Source of the DNA: Macrostomum lignano
Lineage: Eukaryota
DNA length: 64,000 nucleotides
Assembly: GCA_002269645.1 (NCBI GenBank)
Contig: NIVC01000282.1
Span: forward strand, 124,001 to 188,000
Direction: 5' to 3'
Shown: piece by piece, positions 18,827-31,158 of the stretch
Position numbering within the stretch: position 1 is the first letter of the stretch
Layout of the letters: each line of letters starts with the position of its first letter
Position numbers and translations under genes: made by a program
Notes under the pieces: generated by a model
Database searches by the model: none
Told to the model about the DNA's origin: nothing
The model's input: the letters and a program-made list of their open reading frames with translations, nothing else

Positions 18827-21800
18827 CTAGGAGTGGACTTGCGCTGAGTCTATCAACTCTTCCTGATGAGGTTGAGCGGCAGACACATCCTGAAGAGGCT
18901 GGGCGACGGACTCATCCTGAATCTGAGCGGCAGACTCATCCTGGTGAGACTGGGCCGTCGACTCATCCTGATGAGGCTGAGCGGTAGACTCATCCTGAAG
19001 AGGCTGGGCGATAGACTCATCCTGATGAGGCTGGGCGGCGGACTCATCCTGAAGCTGAGCGGCAGACTCATCCTGGTGAGACTGGGCCGTCGACTCATCC
19101 TGATGAGGCTGGGCGGCGGACTCATCCTGAAGCTGAGCGGTAGACTCATCCTGATGAGGCTGGGCGATAGACTCATCCTGAAGCTGAGCGGTAGACTCAT
19201 CCTGATGAGGCTGGGCGATAGACTCATCCTGATGAGGCTGGGCGGTAGACTCATCCTGATGAGGCTGGGCGATAGACTCATCCTGAAGCTGAGCGGCAGA
19301 CTCATCCTGGTGAGACTGGGCGATAGACTCATCCTGATGAGGCTGGGCGATAGACTCATCCTGATGAGGCTGGGCGATAGACTCATCCTGATGAGGCTGG
19401 GCGATAGACTCATCCTGATGAGGCTGGGCGATAGACTCATCCTGATGAGGCTGGGCGATAGACTCATCCTGATGAGGCTGGGCGATAGACTCATCCTGAT
19501 GAGGCTGGGCGGCGGACTCATTCTGAAGCTGAACGGTAGACTCATCCTGATGAGGCTGGGCGATAGACTCATCCTGATGAGGCTGGGCGATAGACTCATC
19601 CTGATGAGACTGGGCGATAGACTCATCCTGAAGCTGAGCGGTAGAATCATCCTGAAGCTGAGTGGTAGACTCATTTTGATGAGGCTGGTCGGCGGACTCA
19701 TCCTGAAGCTGAGCGGTAGACTCAGGAGTATTCAAGCTGGACAGGTCAGCATCACCCACTGAGCCGATTTCGAATTGATCATTGCTAAGCGGGTGTTGCC
19801 GGGTTGCCTAAAAATAAGGTTAAATACAAAGATAGAGTCAATCAACGAGAATTTAAATTTTCAATAGCTAAAGGTTGTTTCAGAAGCATTGCTAATGTTT
19901 TTTCAGCACATAATATGAATTCGACACCCACCAACACGAATCCGACATCGTCCGACAACATGAATCCGACATCCAACACCAAGAATCCGACATCCACCAA
20001 CATGAATCCGACATCCACTAACATGAATTCGACACCCACCAACATGAATCCATCTACCAACATAAATCCGACACCCACCAACATGAATCCGACATCCACC
20101 AACATGAATCCGACATCCACCAGCATGAATCCGACATCCACCAACATGAATCCGACATCCAACACCAAGAATCCGACATCCACTAACATGAATCCGACAT
20201 CCACCAACATGAATCCGACATCCACCAACATGAATCCGACATCCACCAGCATGAATCCGACATCCACCAACATGAATCCGACATCCAACACCAAGAATCC
20301 GACATCCACCAACATGAATCCGACATCCAACACCAAGAATCCGACATCCACCAACATGAATCCGACATCCACTAACATGAACCCGACATCCACCAACATG
20401 AACCCGACATCCACCAACATGAATCCGACATCCACCAACATGAATCCGACATCCACCAACATGTATCGGGCTTTCAAATAGAAAATGAGACATCCTCCGT
20501 CAAGAATCCGAGACTCCAAATACAGGATACTCACCAATGCAGAGGCACCGGCATCTCCGTCGGAATTGGCGGCTGCCGCAGGCGCCACCAGCAGCAGTGA
20601 CGCGTTGGCGCCGGCGGCAGCGTTAAATCCAACAACGATATCCTCAACGCCCAGAACTCGATCTGTTGGCGACGTGACGCAAGCAAACGGAGCCGAAACC
20701 TCGGCGGTGGACACCGACAGGTCCGCCGGTCGAGACGGCGCCCCGTCGTCGTTTGAAGCGTCGCCATCATCAGTTGCTATGGGCGAAGGCTGCGGCGGCA
20801 CGAAGCGGGGCCGGTGCAGCGAGTCTTGGCTGGAGGTCTCCTCTTCGCGCTCCATCAGGCGCTGCTGCTCGTCCAGCTGGCGCAGCTCTTTGTCGCGAGC
20901 CTGAGCTCGATTCCGCTGGAGCAGGGCGCCGATCGCTTCTAATAGGGCGCCTTGCTGCTCGGCGTAGTCCTTCATGCTCTGCGTTGAATTCGCGTTATGG
21001 TATTAGGGTTTAAGTGAGGTCAACTAGGCTTAAGGTAAAAAAGCACTCATTTTAGCGCCGCAGGCACTCATTTTAGCGCCGCAGACACTCATTTTAGCGC
21101 CGCAGGCACTCATTTTAGCGCCGCAGGCACTCATTTTAGCGCCGCAGGCACTTCTTTTAGCGCCGCAGGCACTCATTTTAGCACCACAGGCACTCATTTT
21201 AGCGCCGTAGGCACTCATTTTAGCGCCGCAGGCACTCATTTTAGCGCCGCAGGCACTTCTTTTAGCGCCGCAGGCACTCATTTTAGCACCACAGGCACTC
21301 ATTTTAGCGCCGCAGACACTCATTTTAGCGCCGCAGGCACTCATTTTAGCGCCGCAGGCACTTCTTTTAGCGCCGCAGGCACTCATTTTAGCACCACAGG
21401 CACTCATTTTAGCGCCGTAGGCACTCATTTTAGCGCCGCAGGCACTCATTTTAGCGCCGCAGGCACTTCTTTTAGCACCACAGGCACTCATTTTAGCGCC
21501 GTAGGCATTCATTTTAGCGCCGCAGACACTCATTTTAGCGCCACTGGAACTCATTTTAGCGTCACAGGCACTCATTTTGGCGCCGCAGGCACTCATTTAA
21601 GCGCCGCAGGCACTCATTTTAGCGCCGCAGGCACTCATTTTGGCGCCGCAGGCACTCATTTAAGCGCCGCAGGCACTCATTTTAGCGCCGCAGGCACTCA
21701 TTTTGGCGCCGCAGGCACTCATTTTAGCGCCGCAGGCATTCATTTTAGCGCCGCAGACACTCACTTTAGTGCCGCAGGCGCTATATTTTGCTGCCCTGAA

Positions 21801-24800
21801 GCAACATTATTGATTTCCATAACAGGTCACAAAAGGGGCAAAGCATTGGCATGTCCACCCATATTACTGGGGGGAGGACACGTCCCCCCCCCTCGATGGC
21901 GACGCCCCTGGTGTGTATGAGTGCGTGCTGTGAACAGTAATGGGGCGCTTGTGTGTACTGTGCCAGGGTACCTGGAATATAATTTTATTAATATAGCTCC
22001 TAGACTTTTCTTTTAGCATCGAGGTCTATTTTAATAGACCTCGATGTGCTATTCTGATGGGACAAAAAGGGCCAAATAAGGTTTAAAAAGCTCTATTGAG
22101 GTTATATGAGGTCAGCTGAAATCTACTACCAAAATTTAGCAACTCTTTAGGGTAGCGCAATAGACTCACGGGTTCCTTCTTGATGTCTTTGTCCAGGTCG
22201 AGCCTGGTCAGACTCTTATTAACGCTAAGCGCCAATTTAAGCGCCATGAGACCGGCAGTTCGAATCTGATTGTCGCGCAGGTCCAGCCTGAGCAGCTGGG
22301 GACTCTCGGCCAGGCATTCGGCCAAGGCTACAGCGCCTTCGCAAGCGATTCGGCACCATTGGAGGCCGAGTCTAAGCAGAGTTCGATTACGTAATAGGCC
22401 TTCGCGCAGCAGGTGGACGCCCTCGCTGCCAATCAGATTGTGCCCGAGGTTCAACGTTTGCAGATGCCGATTGACGGCTAGGGCGGCGGACACCGCCGGC
22501 ATGGCCTCGTGGCTGATCTGGTTGTGCCACAGCACCAGCGCGGCCAGGCCGCACTCGCCGCCCTGCTGTTCGTACAGGCCCTCGCAGATGTACGCGCAGC
22601 CAGTGTCCTGCCCGAGGGGGTTAAATGAAGGTCAAATAAAACGCCCAAATGAAGGTCAAATAAATGTCAGATAGAATCTATAAGGGTCGCTATGACAACA
22701 CGAGTATAGAATAGCGATGCAAGTTAAGCAAAGTTGGCTGCGGTTAGTACTTAGTACAAAGCTGAATGGGGCAGCTCAAATCAAAACTCGGGCTTGAACA
22801 CAGATACTAGAATATAACTAGATGGGCCACGCAGCAAATTTATACGCGCAAGCTACTTTCAGATCAGTAGTAAGTTAAACTGAAGCATTTTAATGTATTT
22901 TTAAAGACAGAGGCGTATTTATTGGCTTTTAACCCCCCCCCCCTGCCCCGCCACCCAATGTTTATTGCCTTCCCGGTTTTTTCCAGCCATGTACATTTCA
23001 GTGGACTGGCCAATGTACATCATGACTGAACCAATTAGCAAGCTGTTTACGCCTGTAAGCTTGGCCTCTAAACTTATCAAAGTCATTCAAGCGCACCTGC
23101 AGAGCATTGTTCCGCACGTCCAGCATCTGCAGAGTTGGCGTGTTTCTCAACAAGCTGGCCAGGTGCTGGCCATCGCTGCTGGTCATCTTGTTGTCGGCCA
23201 ACAGCAGCTCGCGAAGGCTCTCGTTGATGCGTAGGGCCGTTACTGAGGAGGATAGGTTGGCATAGATATTTATTAATATATTCAGAGGTCAACTCAGTAC
23301 ACAAACTTAAGAAAATCTAGGGATCATATAAGGATCATAACGATTAACGAAGGACGATATAAATATAGAAGGCCGAGAAACGTTTGTTTGGTAGAAAACA
23401 TTTGAAGGCTGGTTCTATGCTAAAAATAAACTATTGATTAAAATAAAAAATATTTTCATCGGGGGGCCGTTGTCCAGTGGTCTGGGGCAACGCTCAGATA
23501 TGCCAGCGGCCCAGGCCCGATTCCCAGAGCAGTCACATTAATTTGAGGCTAAATTGGAATCTCGACTTGGCTCTGCTCGTGCAATTAACGACCTTGAAAG
23601 CCAACCCCCAAGGCACAGTGAAGTGTACATGCCTAACGATAAATAAAGTTAGGGCCGCTGTACACTCCTGTGTGGGTCGCCATCATAAACCCGAAATATC
23701 ACAAACCCGAAATATCACAAACCCGAAATACCATAACTTCGAAAACCAAAATAGTGTTTGACATTGCTAGAACTTTCGGAGTTATGATATTTCGGGTTTG
23801 TGATGGAAAGCGCTTTTCAGAGTTGTGATTTTTCGGTTTTGTGATGCCCCCCTCCTGTGTGAGTGTGTGCCTGTGCGAATGACTGCGTACGTATCCGCGC
23901 GCTTGTGTGCCTGCTCAGGGGAGTCGGCGGAATGGGCAGCAATGCCTCTCGCCGGTTGTGTGACAATGTCGCCTGAAGTGCGCTCTAGCCGAACTTCGAA
24001 TCTCTCATTTGGACACACCTGTAGAATGCGATACCATAAAACAAATAAAATAAATGACCCAGCAACCAACCGAGTATGAGTAGATTCCGGCCAGTAATAT
24101 TCGAATGCTCCAAATGCAGCGTAACCAAAGTGGAGCCAATCCGAAGCGACCGAACCAGGGCCGGGATGCTCTGCTCGGACAGCGGGATGCCGTGCAAATC
24201 AATGGTCTGCAGGCACGGAGTTTTCTTCAACATTCTCGAGCACATCTGCCAGCCGCGCAGTCCGATTCTAGTGTTGTGCGCGATGTTGAGCTTGCAGCAG
24301 GACTCGTAGTACTCGATCATGTCGAACAGGGCGATGGCGCTGTCTTCGTCGAGGCCGCTGCTTTCAAAGTCCAGCGTTTTAAACTGAACCCGTTTAAAAA
24401 TCTCTTCCAGGGCTTCGACCTGCCGGCTGTCTAGCCGGAGATTGCGACAGCTCAGCATCTCGTAGCGATCGTTGCAGACGCTCAGGTCGATGCCCTGCAG
24501 CTGCTCAAGCAGGTGCCGGTGCGGCTGAACTCCGTTGGCGTCGCAGGCAGCCTTGTAGGCGCACACCAGCTCCTCCGTAGTGCAATTGTAGCCTGCAATG
24601 CCCAGCATGCTTATATTATGAATAATCAATATTTAGCTGGTGTCTTCATTTACCTGTCCTTCTTAACCCGTGTCTCACTTCCTCTACCCTTCTCAACCAG
24701 TGTCTCACTTCCTCTACCCTTCTCAACGGGTGTTTCACTTCTTTTACCCTTCTCAACCGGTGTCTCACTTCCTCTACCCTTCTCAACCAGTGTCTCACTT

Positions 24801-25568
24801 CCTCTACCCTTCTCAACCAGTGTCTCACTTCCTCTACCCTTCTCAACCGGTGTCTCACTTCCTCTACCCTTCTCAACCGGTGTCTCACTTCCTCTACCCT
24901 TCTCAACGGTGTTTCACTTCTTTTACCCTTCTCAACCGGTGTCTCACTTCCTCTACCCTTCTCAAACGGTGTTTCACTTCTTTTACCCTTCTCAACCGGG
25001 TCTCACTTCCTCTACCCTTCTCAACCGGTGTCTCACTACCTCTACCCTTCTCAACCGGTGTCTCACTTCCTCTACCCTTCTCAACCGGTGTCTCACTTCC
25101 TCTACCCTTCTCAACCGGTGTCTCACTTCCTCTACCCTTCTCAACCGGTGTCTCACTTCCTCTACCCTTCTCAACTCCATCAGTCAACATATTATTCTCG
25201 GCTTGTCTCATTTCACCTGCTTTCTCAATCAGTGCCGCACTTCATCTGATATTCTTAACAGGTGTTGCACTTTACTAAACATTCCAAACAAGTGTCCCAC
25301 TTTACCTGCCCTTTTAAGGTTCTCCAACGAAACTTTTAAACACGTAATTTTTTATTTAACAGTTTTAATAACGACTAATCCTTAAGAACCCTAACTCTCT
25401 TTCATACACCAATTTGTACTTACCCTTTCCCCAAGGATCTGGTGGGTCCATGTAGCCAGACACAATACTTTCGTCAGTAGGAAAGGTCACCTTTCTAGAT
25501 GATGAACGAGTGACATTGCCGTCATTGTTCAATAGGTCATCAGCCATCACTTCTATGGTTTCAGTCAT
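18827..25568 (-). CDS. PPP1R37: Protein phosphatase 1 regulatory subunit 37-like LRR protein; coding exons 25568-25424, 24592-24071, 23242-23097, 22607-22170, 20978-20535, 19807-18827
   Basis: RKVTF PP1-docking motif followed by P.DE.IVSGY.DP.DPW; RNI-like LRRs (LRELLLADNKM, LQMLDVRNN, LQTLNLGHN, LDLRDNQI); GT-AG sites with consistent phases (1,1,0,0,0). The last exon is less certain. Confidence 0.88.
18880..19725 (-). repeat. 27/24-bp tandem repeat encoding (QDESIAQPH)n in the putative last PPP1R37 exon
   Basis: About 30 units, in frame with the acceptor at 19808. Confidence 0.85.
19915..20463. repeat. Intronic minisatellite, 21-bp unit AACATGAATCCGACATCCACC
   Basis: Lies between the donor at 20534 and the acceptor at 19808. 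Confidence 0.95.
21043..21780. repeat. Intronic array, 21-bp unit GCAGGCACTCATTTTAGCGCC (reverse complement of the 48800-49510 array)
   Basis: Direct reading; the flank GCAGGCGCTAT.TTTTG..CCCTG.AGCAA is shared in inverted orientation with 48775-48805. Confidence 0.95.
23461..23990 (+). mobile_element. tRNA-derived SINE copy interrupted by a MITE
   Basis: Homologous to 26068-26430 and 48160-48400; head GGGGGCCGTTGTCCAGTGG...CCCGATTCCC. Confidence 0.75.
23674..23851. mobile_element. 178-bp MITE, imperfect TIRs, 9-bp TSD CTCCTGTGT (Mutator-like)
   Basis: TSD at 23665-23673 and 23852-23860; the other two SINE copies show the empty site. Confidence 0.85.
24655..25175. repeat. Intronic minisatellite, 30-bp unit TCTCAACCGGTGTCTCACTTCCTCTACCCT
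   Basis: Direct reading, ~17 copies. Confidence 0.95.
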
Positions 25569-26067
25569 TTAAACTGCTTAGAAAATTTTAAAACGAATCT
25601 ATAGAATACAGCAAAATATTTTTTAGATGATTTATTAGTCTCAGTTTGGAATGCACAAAGACAAGCAATGATTGGCTCAACCTAGAATGAGGGCCAATTT
25701 TACATATCCAATGGTGATTCAAGTAGGCTGAAAAGCAAAAGGAAATAAAAAATAAATGCTCAAAGTATGTACATTTACTTTTCAACAACCATAAAAATTG
25801 CTCCAAATTAAATGAAGATTCTAAAAAGCTTATTGCTTGTGATAATTTTTTGTGGTGTGGTTCATATTATCTCTATATTAAACAATAGATTGATATATAA
25901 CATCTGTGAATAGCTTTGATCTATATTACATTAAGTTAGCACTAGGGCTAACCAGGCTTCCATTTTTTGTTCTCTCTGTGTTGATACAAATAAAGACTAC
26001 CTAAATAACTTAATGTGACATGAGATTATAAAAAATGAAATAATAATAACTATTATATTATTATTAA

Positions 26068-26430
26068 GGGGGCTGTAGCCCAGTGGTCTAGTGCAGGCTC
26101 TGATGTGCCAGCAACCCAGCAACCTAGGCTTGATTCCAAGTGCAGCCACATTAATTTGGGGCTGAATTGGAACTTGGCTTGGCTCTGCTTGCGCAATTAA
26201 CAGCCTTGAAAGCCAACCCCCCCAAGGTGCAGTGAAGTGTACATGCCAAACGATAAAATAAAGTTAGGGCAGCTGTATACTCCTGTGTATGTGCCTGCGT
26301 ATGTATCTGCACGCTTGTATGCTTGCTCAGGGGAGTCGGCGGAATGGGCAGTAATGCCTCTTGCCAGTTGTGTGCCTATGTTGCTTAAAGTGCACCAGGG
26401 TGCATACAACCCCTGCTTCTAATAAAAAAC
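26068..26430 (+). mobile_element. tRNA-derived SINE, apparently full length
   Basis: GGGGGCTGTAGCCCAGTGG (A box), GGCTTGATTCC (B-box-like), A-rich tail; two further copies in the window. Confidence 0.75.
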
Positions 26431-29339
26431 TATTGTATTAGGTTTGATAAAGGACCTGTCAACTTAAGCTCATAAAGTAGAGTCTGAGTAACCTATGTAC
26501 ATAAATGATACTTTATTCTACTTACAGAGACACCAAGAAGCTGGATTTGACAGAAAATAATAAAAAATTGCACTTGAGATAAGAGAGAACAAGCAAAAGA
26601 TAATTGGGGACTTCAACCTGGCATCCTAGGCTTAATTTTAAGACCAAATTGATTTTTGCATAGGAAATGATATATAGCAAAAAATTAGCATTAGCAATAG
26701 GGCCTAAACAATAACAGATTATACTTGCTCTAATGGACAGATATGCACTATGTATCTAAAGCCTACATATGGCTATTTAATCTTAGGACTAAACTAATAT
26801 TGCTATACATACCTTCAATTATCCTAACTAATGGTAGTGCTCAGTTTATAGCTAAGTAAACTGAAGCAACATACAGTTTAATGTCTTTTTCAAAGATATA
26901 AATTGTTCTAATAGAATAAGGATTAAGGAATCAAACCTTCTAACTTTCAAGTTGTGAGTCTAATGCTTTAACCATTAGGCCACAAGCCTTTTAACATATC
27001 CTAAATGTACAAAAAGCCTAGTGGCAATGATAGGGTTTATACATGCACAATTGCAAGCCAACCTGGCTGATCTAGCCACTATAAATTGCGATAGACCAAG
27101 GTCAAGGAGAAGTCATAAAAATGCCCACTTAAAAATATACATGTAGTATTAATAAGATACCAAGACATTTTGGCTTAATAAAATAGTTAGTTACTCTTGC
27201 TATTCATCTAAAATTGTATTCATTTCTGCTTTAAGGTTTATTTCATAGGCAAATCATATTTTTGGTCAAAAAGTAAGTTGCATGGCTAATGTAAATTAGG
27301 GAGATTATATATATATGACATGACAGGGTTGCTAATATTAGTTAGCAATCCTGTTGCCTCTTGCTAATTAATTTATCAACCAAGTATAAAAAATATTTAA
27401 GGCCAGAGGGGGTATATATTATCATATTTTATATATAATAGAATATAGGGCCTAATTTATTATATAATTAATATGCATTTTCCAAATAAAAAATCAAACT
27501 TGATAGGAAACATATGCCTTTTCTCCTTAAATCTACCATTAAAAATAATTGTTTATAATTATACCTATACTTGCTTTAATAAAAAGATATACAACCAATA
27601 GTTTATGCTTTGCCTTAGCCTTAGTTGTAGGTTGTAGCTATTGCTAAGTTTATTTTTTGTGCAATTAAACCATTTAAGGATACTAGGCCTATGTTATTTA
27701 ATTCGCCATGACTAGGGACACGGTGGTCGTGCCTCTGCTTCTAACTCTATGTCTAAGGACATAGATTTTAAGGTAATTAATTATATCTTCAAATTAGACC
27801 TTGAATATAGATTATAGTTTTGCATCTTAGTAGACCTATTAAGCTAATAAAAAACCCTAGGGCTAGGCTATATACTATACTAGGGATATAATATATTTAT
27901 AATATCCTGACTTTCTAAATTGCATTAGGCCTAGGCCCTATAAAATTAGACCTTGGATGTAATTTTGCATCTTAGTGCTAGGCCCCCTAGCAAAAACTCT
28001 AGAACTATTGCATTGCACTATATAGTTTTGAAGGTTATAAATAGGCCTATATGGCAATAGCCTAGGGGATATTCATATAATTTTTATTAGTCTTAGGCCT
28101 AGGCCTATCCTATCAATCTATGACCTATGACTATGACCTAAGCCGAAAAATATGTCTATAATTCTGCTAGGCTGATTCTACAGTTAGGTTTGCGTTTGCG
28201 CAAAAAGTGAGCTAAAATAGGCCTAGTAGGCCTAATAAAATAGTAAAACTAAAGGGTTCAAGGTAGGCTTAGCTGTAGCCTGAAGCCCTATGATTATGAA
28301 TTACCATAGGCCTATGCAATGCCAATTGATAAAGGTTTTATATAGGCCTACAAGAATAAATTGCCATGCTATGAACAGTACAAATGTAGGCCAGCAGGCC
28401 AATAGGCCTAGCCTAGGTACTATTAGCCAGTAGGCGGTAGGCGTAGCCAGGCCTATGGCGAATCGGCGATGCTATGCTATGCAGAGCAGACACCCCACTT
28501 CCTATGGCACCTAGACGGTCAGAACTAGGGGCCTAGCTACTTAATTTAGTTTGGTTTAAAATCAAAATCAGGTCTATTTTATATTAGATATAAGGGCCTA
28601 AGTAAGTAACTAGCTAGCATACTTAATTACGACCCAGTGCAGTGAAACCGATGCTGACAAGTGATAAGTGTTCAAGTGTCTGGAGTTACAGGCCGTCAAA
28701 TCTTATATTAAGAAACGATAAAGCCCTAAATTTTAACAGCAAGTACACAATAAAAATCTAAAATTTCGAAAAACAGAGTTTTTACTGATTTTTAAACGTT
28801 GTGCTACCGAATAGTTCAATTTTTATAAACATAATTGTTTTTTACAGCTGCTCCTATTTTCAAAAATTTAATTCAATTTTCCGTATCGCGCAGCACAGCT
28901 CAGATGATGACTCTACTACGCAGAAATCTTGAAACTCGTTGAAAGGAACTTACTTAAACCTTGGCGTGGCCGTGGCGCAGGCAGTTGGGAGGCCTGAGGG
29001 GGGCCAGCTCCTCGTCGAAATTATACCGCAAGTTTTTGGGGAAATGTTTTTTATCTTCACACAGTTATTCAACAGTTAGGAGTATTTGGCCTTTTATATG
29101 ATTCATATCCAGTATATTATCATCCAGGATATCCCTGCCTGCCGCTCCCATCCCTGCCTCCCGCTCCCACGAAAATAAATCCTGGCTGCCCATGTGGGCG
29201 CTTGTCTATTCTAAATTTTAGACCTACTTGATGAGGGCTTACTTACTGTAGTATATAAAAATAAGTGTTAATGGTAATGAATAGATAAAATGATGAAATG
29301 AAAAGGCCATCTTTTTATAGAGTCAGAGTCAGAGACTAT

Positions 29340-29606
29340 GGGCCTTTTCATATTGCTTGCTCTGGTTCCAGAACCAGAACCAATTTGTGAAGTATAACTT
29401 TTTGGTTTTTGTCTCCATAACTAGAGGGAGATACGTGCTATAAAGTTTTTATTATTGAATGACAATTGCCAAGAAGAAAGTGAAAAATCGTGCAAAGTGA
29501 GGCTGTTAAGGCATTCAAATATTAACAGAGTTTAATAGTTATACTGCTGTTTTTCTTGGAATTCCGAACCGATTCTGGTTCTGGAATTGGTAATATGAAA
29601 AGGCCC
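29340..29606. mobile_element. 267-bp MITE, 15-bp perfect TIR GGGCCTTTTCATATT, 3-bp TSD TAT (PIF/Harbinger-like)
   Basis: TIRs at 29340-29354 and 29592-29606; TAT on both flanks. Confidence 0.75.
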
Positions 29607-29912
29607 TATTTGATTACCCTAGTTCTTAGAAAACAAAAAATGGTGAGCTATTTACTAAACTTGAAGCACCAGCAGTTGCAGTGCACTAGGCCTATGCCTA
29701 GGCCTATATTATGGATTTTTTCACTTTAAAATATTTTGAATTGGCATATAATCTCCTTGCTTGGTGCTATTAGAATTAATTAGACCTAATATATTTTAAA
29801 AACTTTTGTCTTTTACATTTTGTTTTTTTATCTAAAGTTTTTTTCTTGAATCTTAAAAAATAGATTCTTATGTTTTGGTTAGGTTCTTTGGCTATAAGGC
29901 CTATATTTTTAC

Positions 29913-30742
29913 GGCATTCCTTTGGTTTACGATCATTTTTCCACCCATATTTCGGTTCACAATCCCCATGTAATTTTTCATATAAATGATCATAGCTTGC
30001 TTGAAATAAACAAAAATTGTTAAACTGAGCTTATTCGTTACATTAAAAAAATGAAAGGAATAGCCAACAAATGGTTTCTTTCATGGCATGGCGATGATGA
30101 GGATCCTATATATCCACTTCGGTTTACGATCATTTAAACGGAAGCAATACATGTAAATGATCGTGAACCGAAGCTGAGGGGGGTGTCGAAGACATGTAAT
30201 CATATATTTATTTGGTGGCTTGTTGGCGATTGAAATGTCATCTTGAGTTAACGTGCGCTCCCAAGTAACTTGATGCTTTATTATTCTCTGCACGCTGCCA
30301 TCCCCCCTCAGCTTCGGTTTATGATCATTTAGATGTAAACAATACATGTCAATGATCGTGAACCAAAGCTAGCCATGTATTGAGATAGTGATCAATTTCA
30401 GATAGAGCTTGTAAAATACCAAAACCCCCTTACACACATACGCTAGCTTTGGTTCACAATCATTTACATGTATCTCTTCCATTTAAATGATTGTAAACCG
30501 AAGTGGATATATAGGATCATCTTTGGATTCTTGGAACTGTGAAATGGATCACTACAACCCCTTTACCTTCTTTTTTCATTTGAACATGCAGCTAATGTTA
30601 TGATGGATAAATAAAAAGGATTGGAGTGCTTGTCTACACTGTTTTTTTGCATTTTGATGAAATAAACAACAATTTTGTATCTTCCCTATCTCTCCAATGG
30701 GGATCGTCACTAATTTCAATGATTGTAAACCAAAGGAATGCC
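29913..30742. mobile_element. 830-bp foldback-like non-autonomous DNA transposon, TIR GGCATTCCTTTGGTTTAC, 8-bp TSD ATTTTTAC
   Basis: TSD at 29905-29912 and 30743-30750; nested internal inverted repeats. Confidence 0.85.
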
Positions 30743-30868
30743 ATTTTTACTTTATTTATTTATTGACAATTTGTTTAAAACCAAACAAAGCAATAGATTA
30801 AGGCAATTATTATTTTTTTAGTAACTAGGCCTAGTAAACAAATATATGTCACTGAGAGTTAAAACATA

Positions 30869-31158
30869 GGCAATGGCTAGAGTTCCGGCACCTGAACCCG
30901 TTTTCTAATAGCTAGGGATCCGGCAGTGCCGTATAGAAGCATATAAAGACTGCTAAGAACATATCTTAAAAAGTCTGAATATTAGAAGCATCTTGTCCCG
31001 AATCTTATCATATTGTCTTAAATTTTAATCTAGAACAAAATCTCAATATCAGCTACCTGTAGAAAGAAAAATATAATGTTCCATCCATATTATAATGGCA
31101 TTGCCAGATCCGTAGCTGTTAGAAAATGGGTTCCGGTGTCAGAACTCTAGCCATTGCC
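30869..31158. mobile_element. 290-bp MITE, ~65-bp TIRs starting GGCAATGGCTAGAGTTC, 9-bp TSD TAAAACATA (Mutator-like)
   Basis: TSD at 30860-30868 and 31159-31167. Confidence 0.85.

Noticed and set aside
19842-20975. 377-aa ORF as a single gene
   Set aside because: It is PPP1R37 exon 5 read through the donor at 20534 into an intronic 21-bp repeat
26068-26150. tRNA gene (also 23461 and 10955)
   Set aside because: Only degenerate A/B boxes, no complete cloverleaf, and continuation into a shared SINE body
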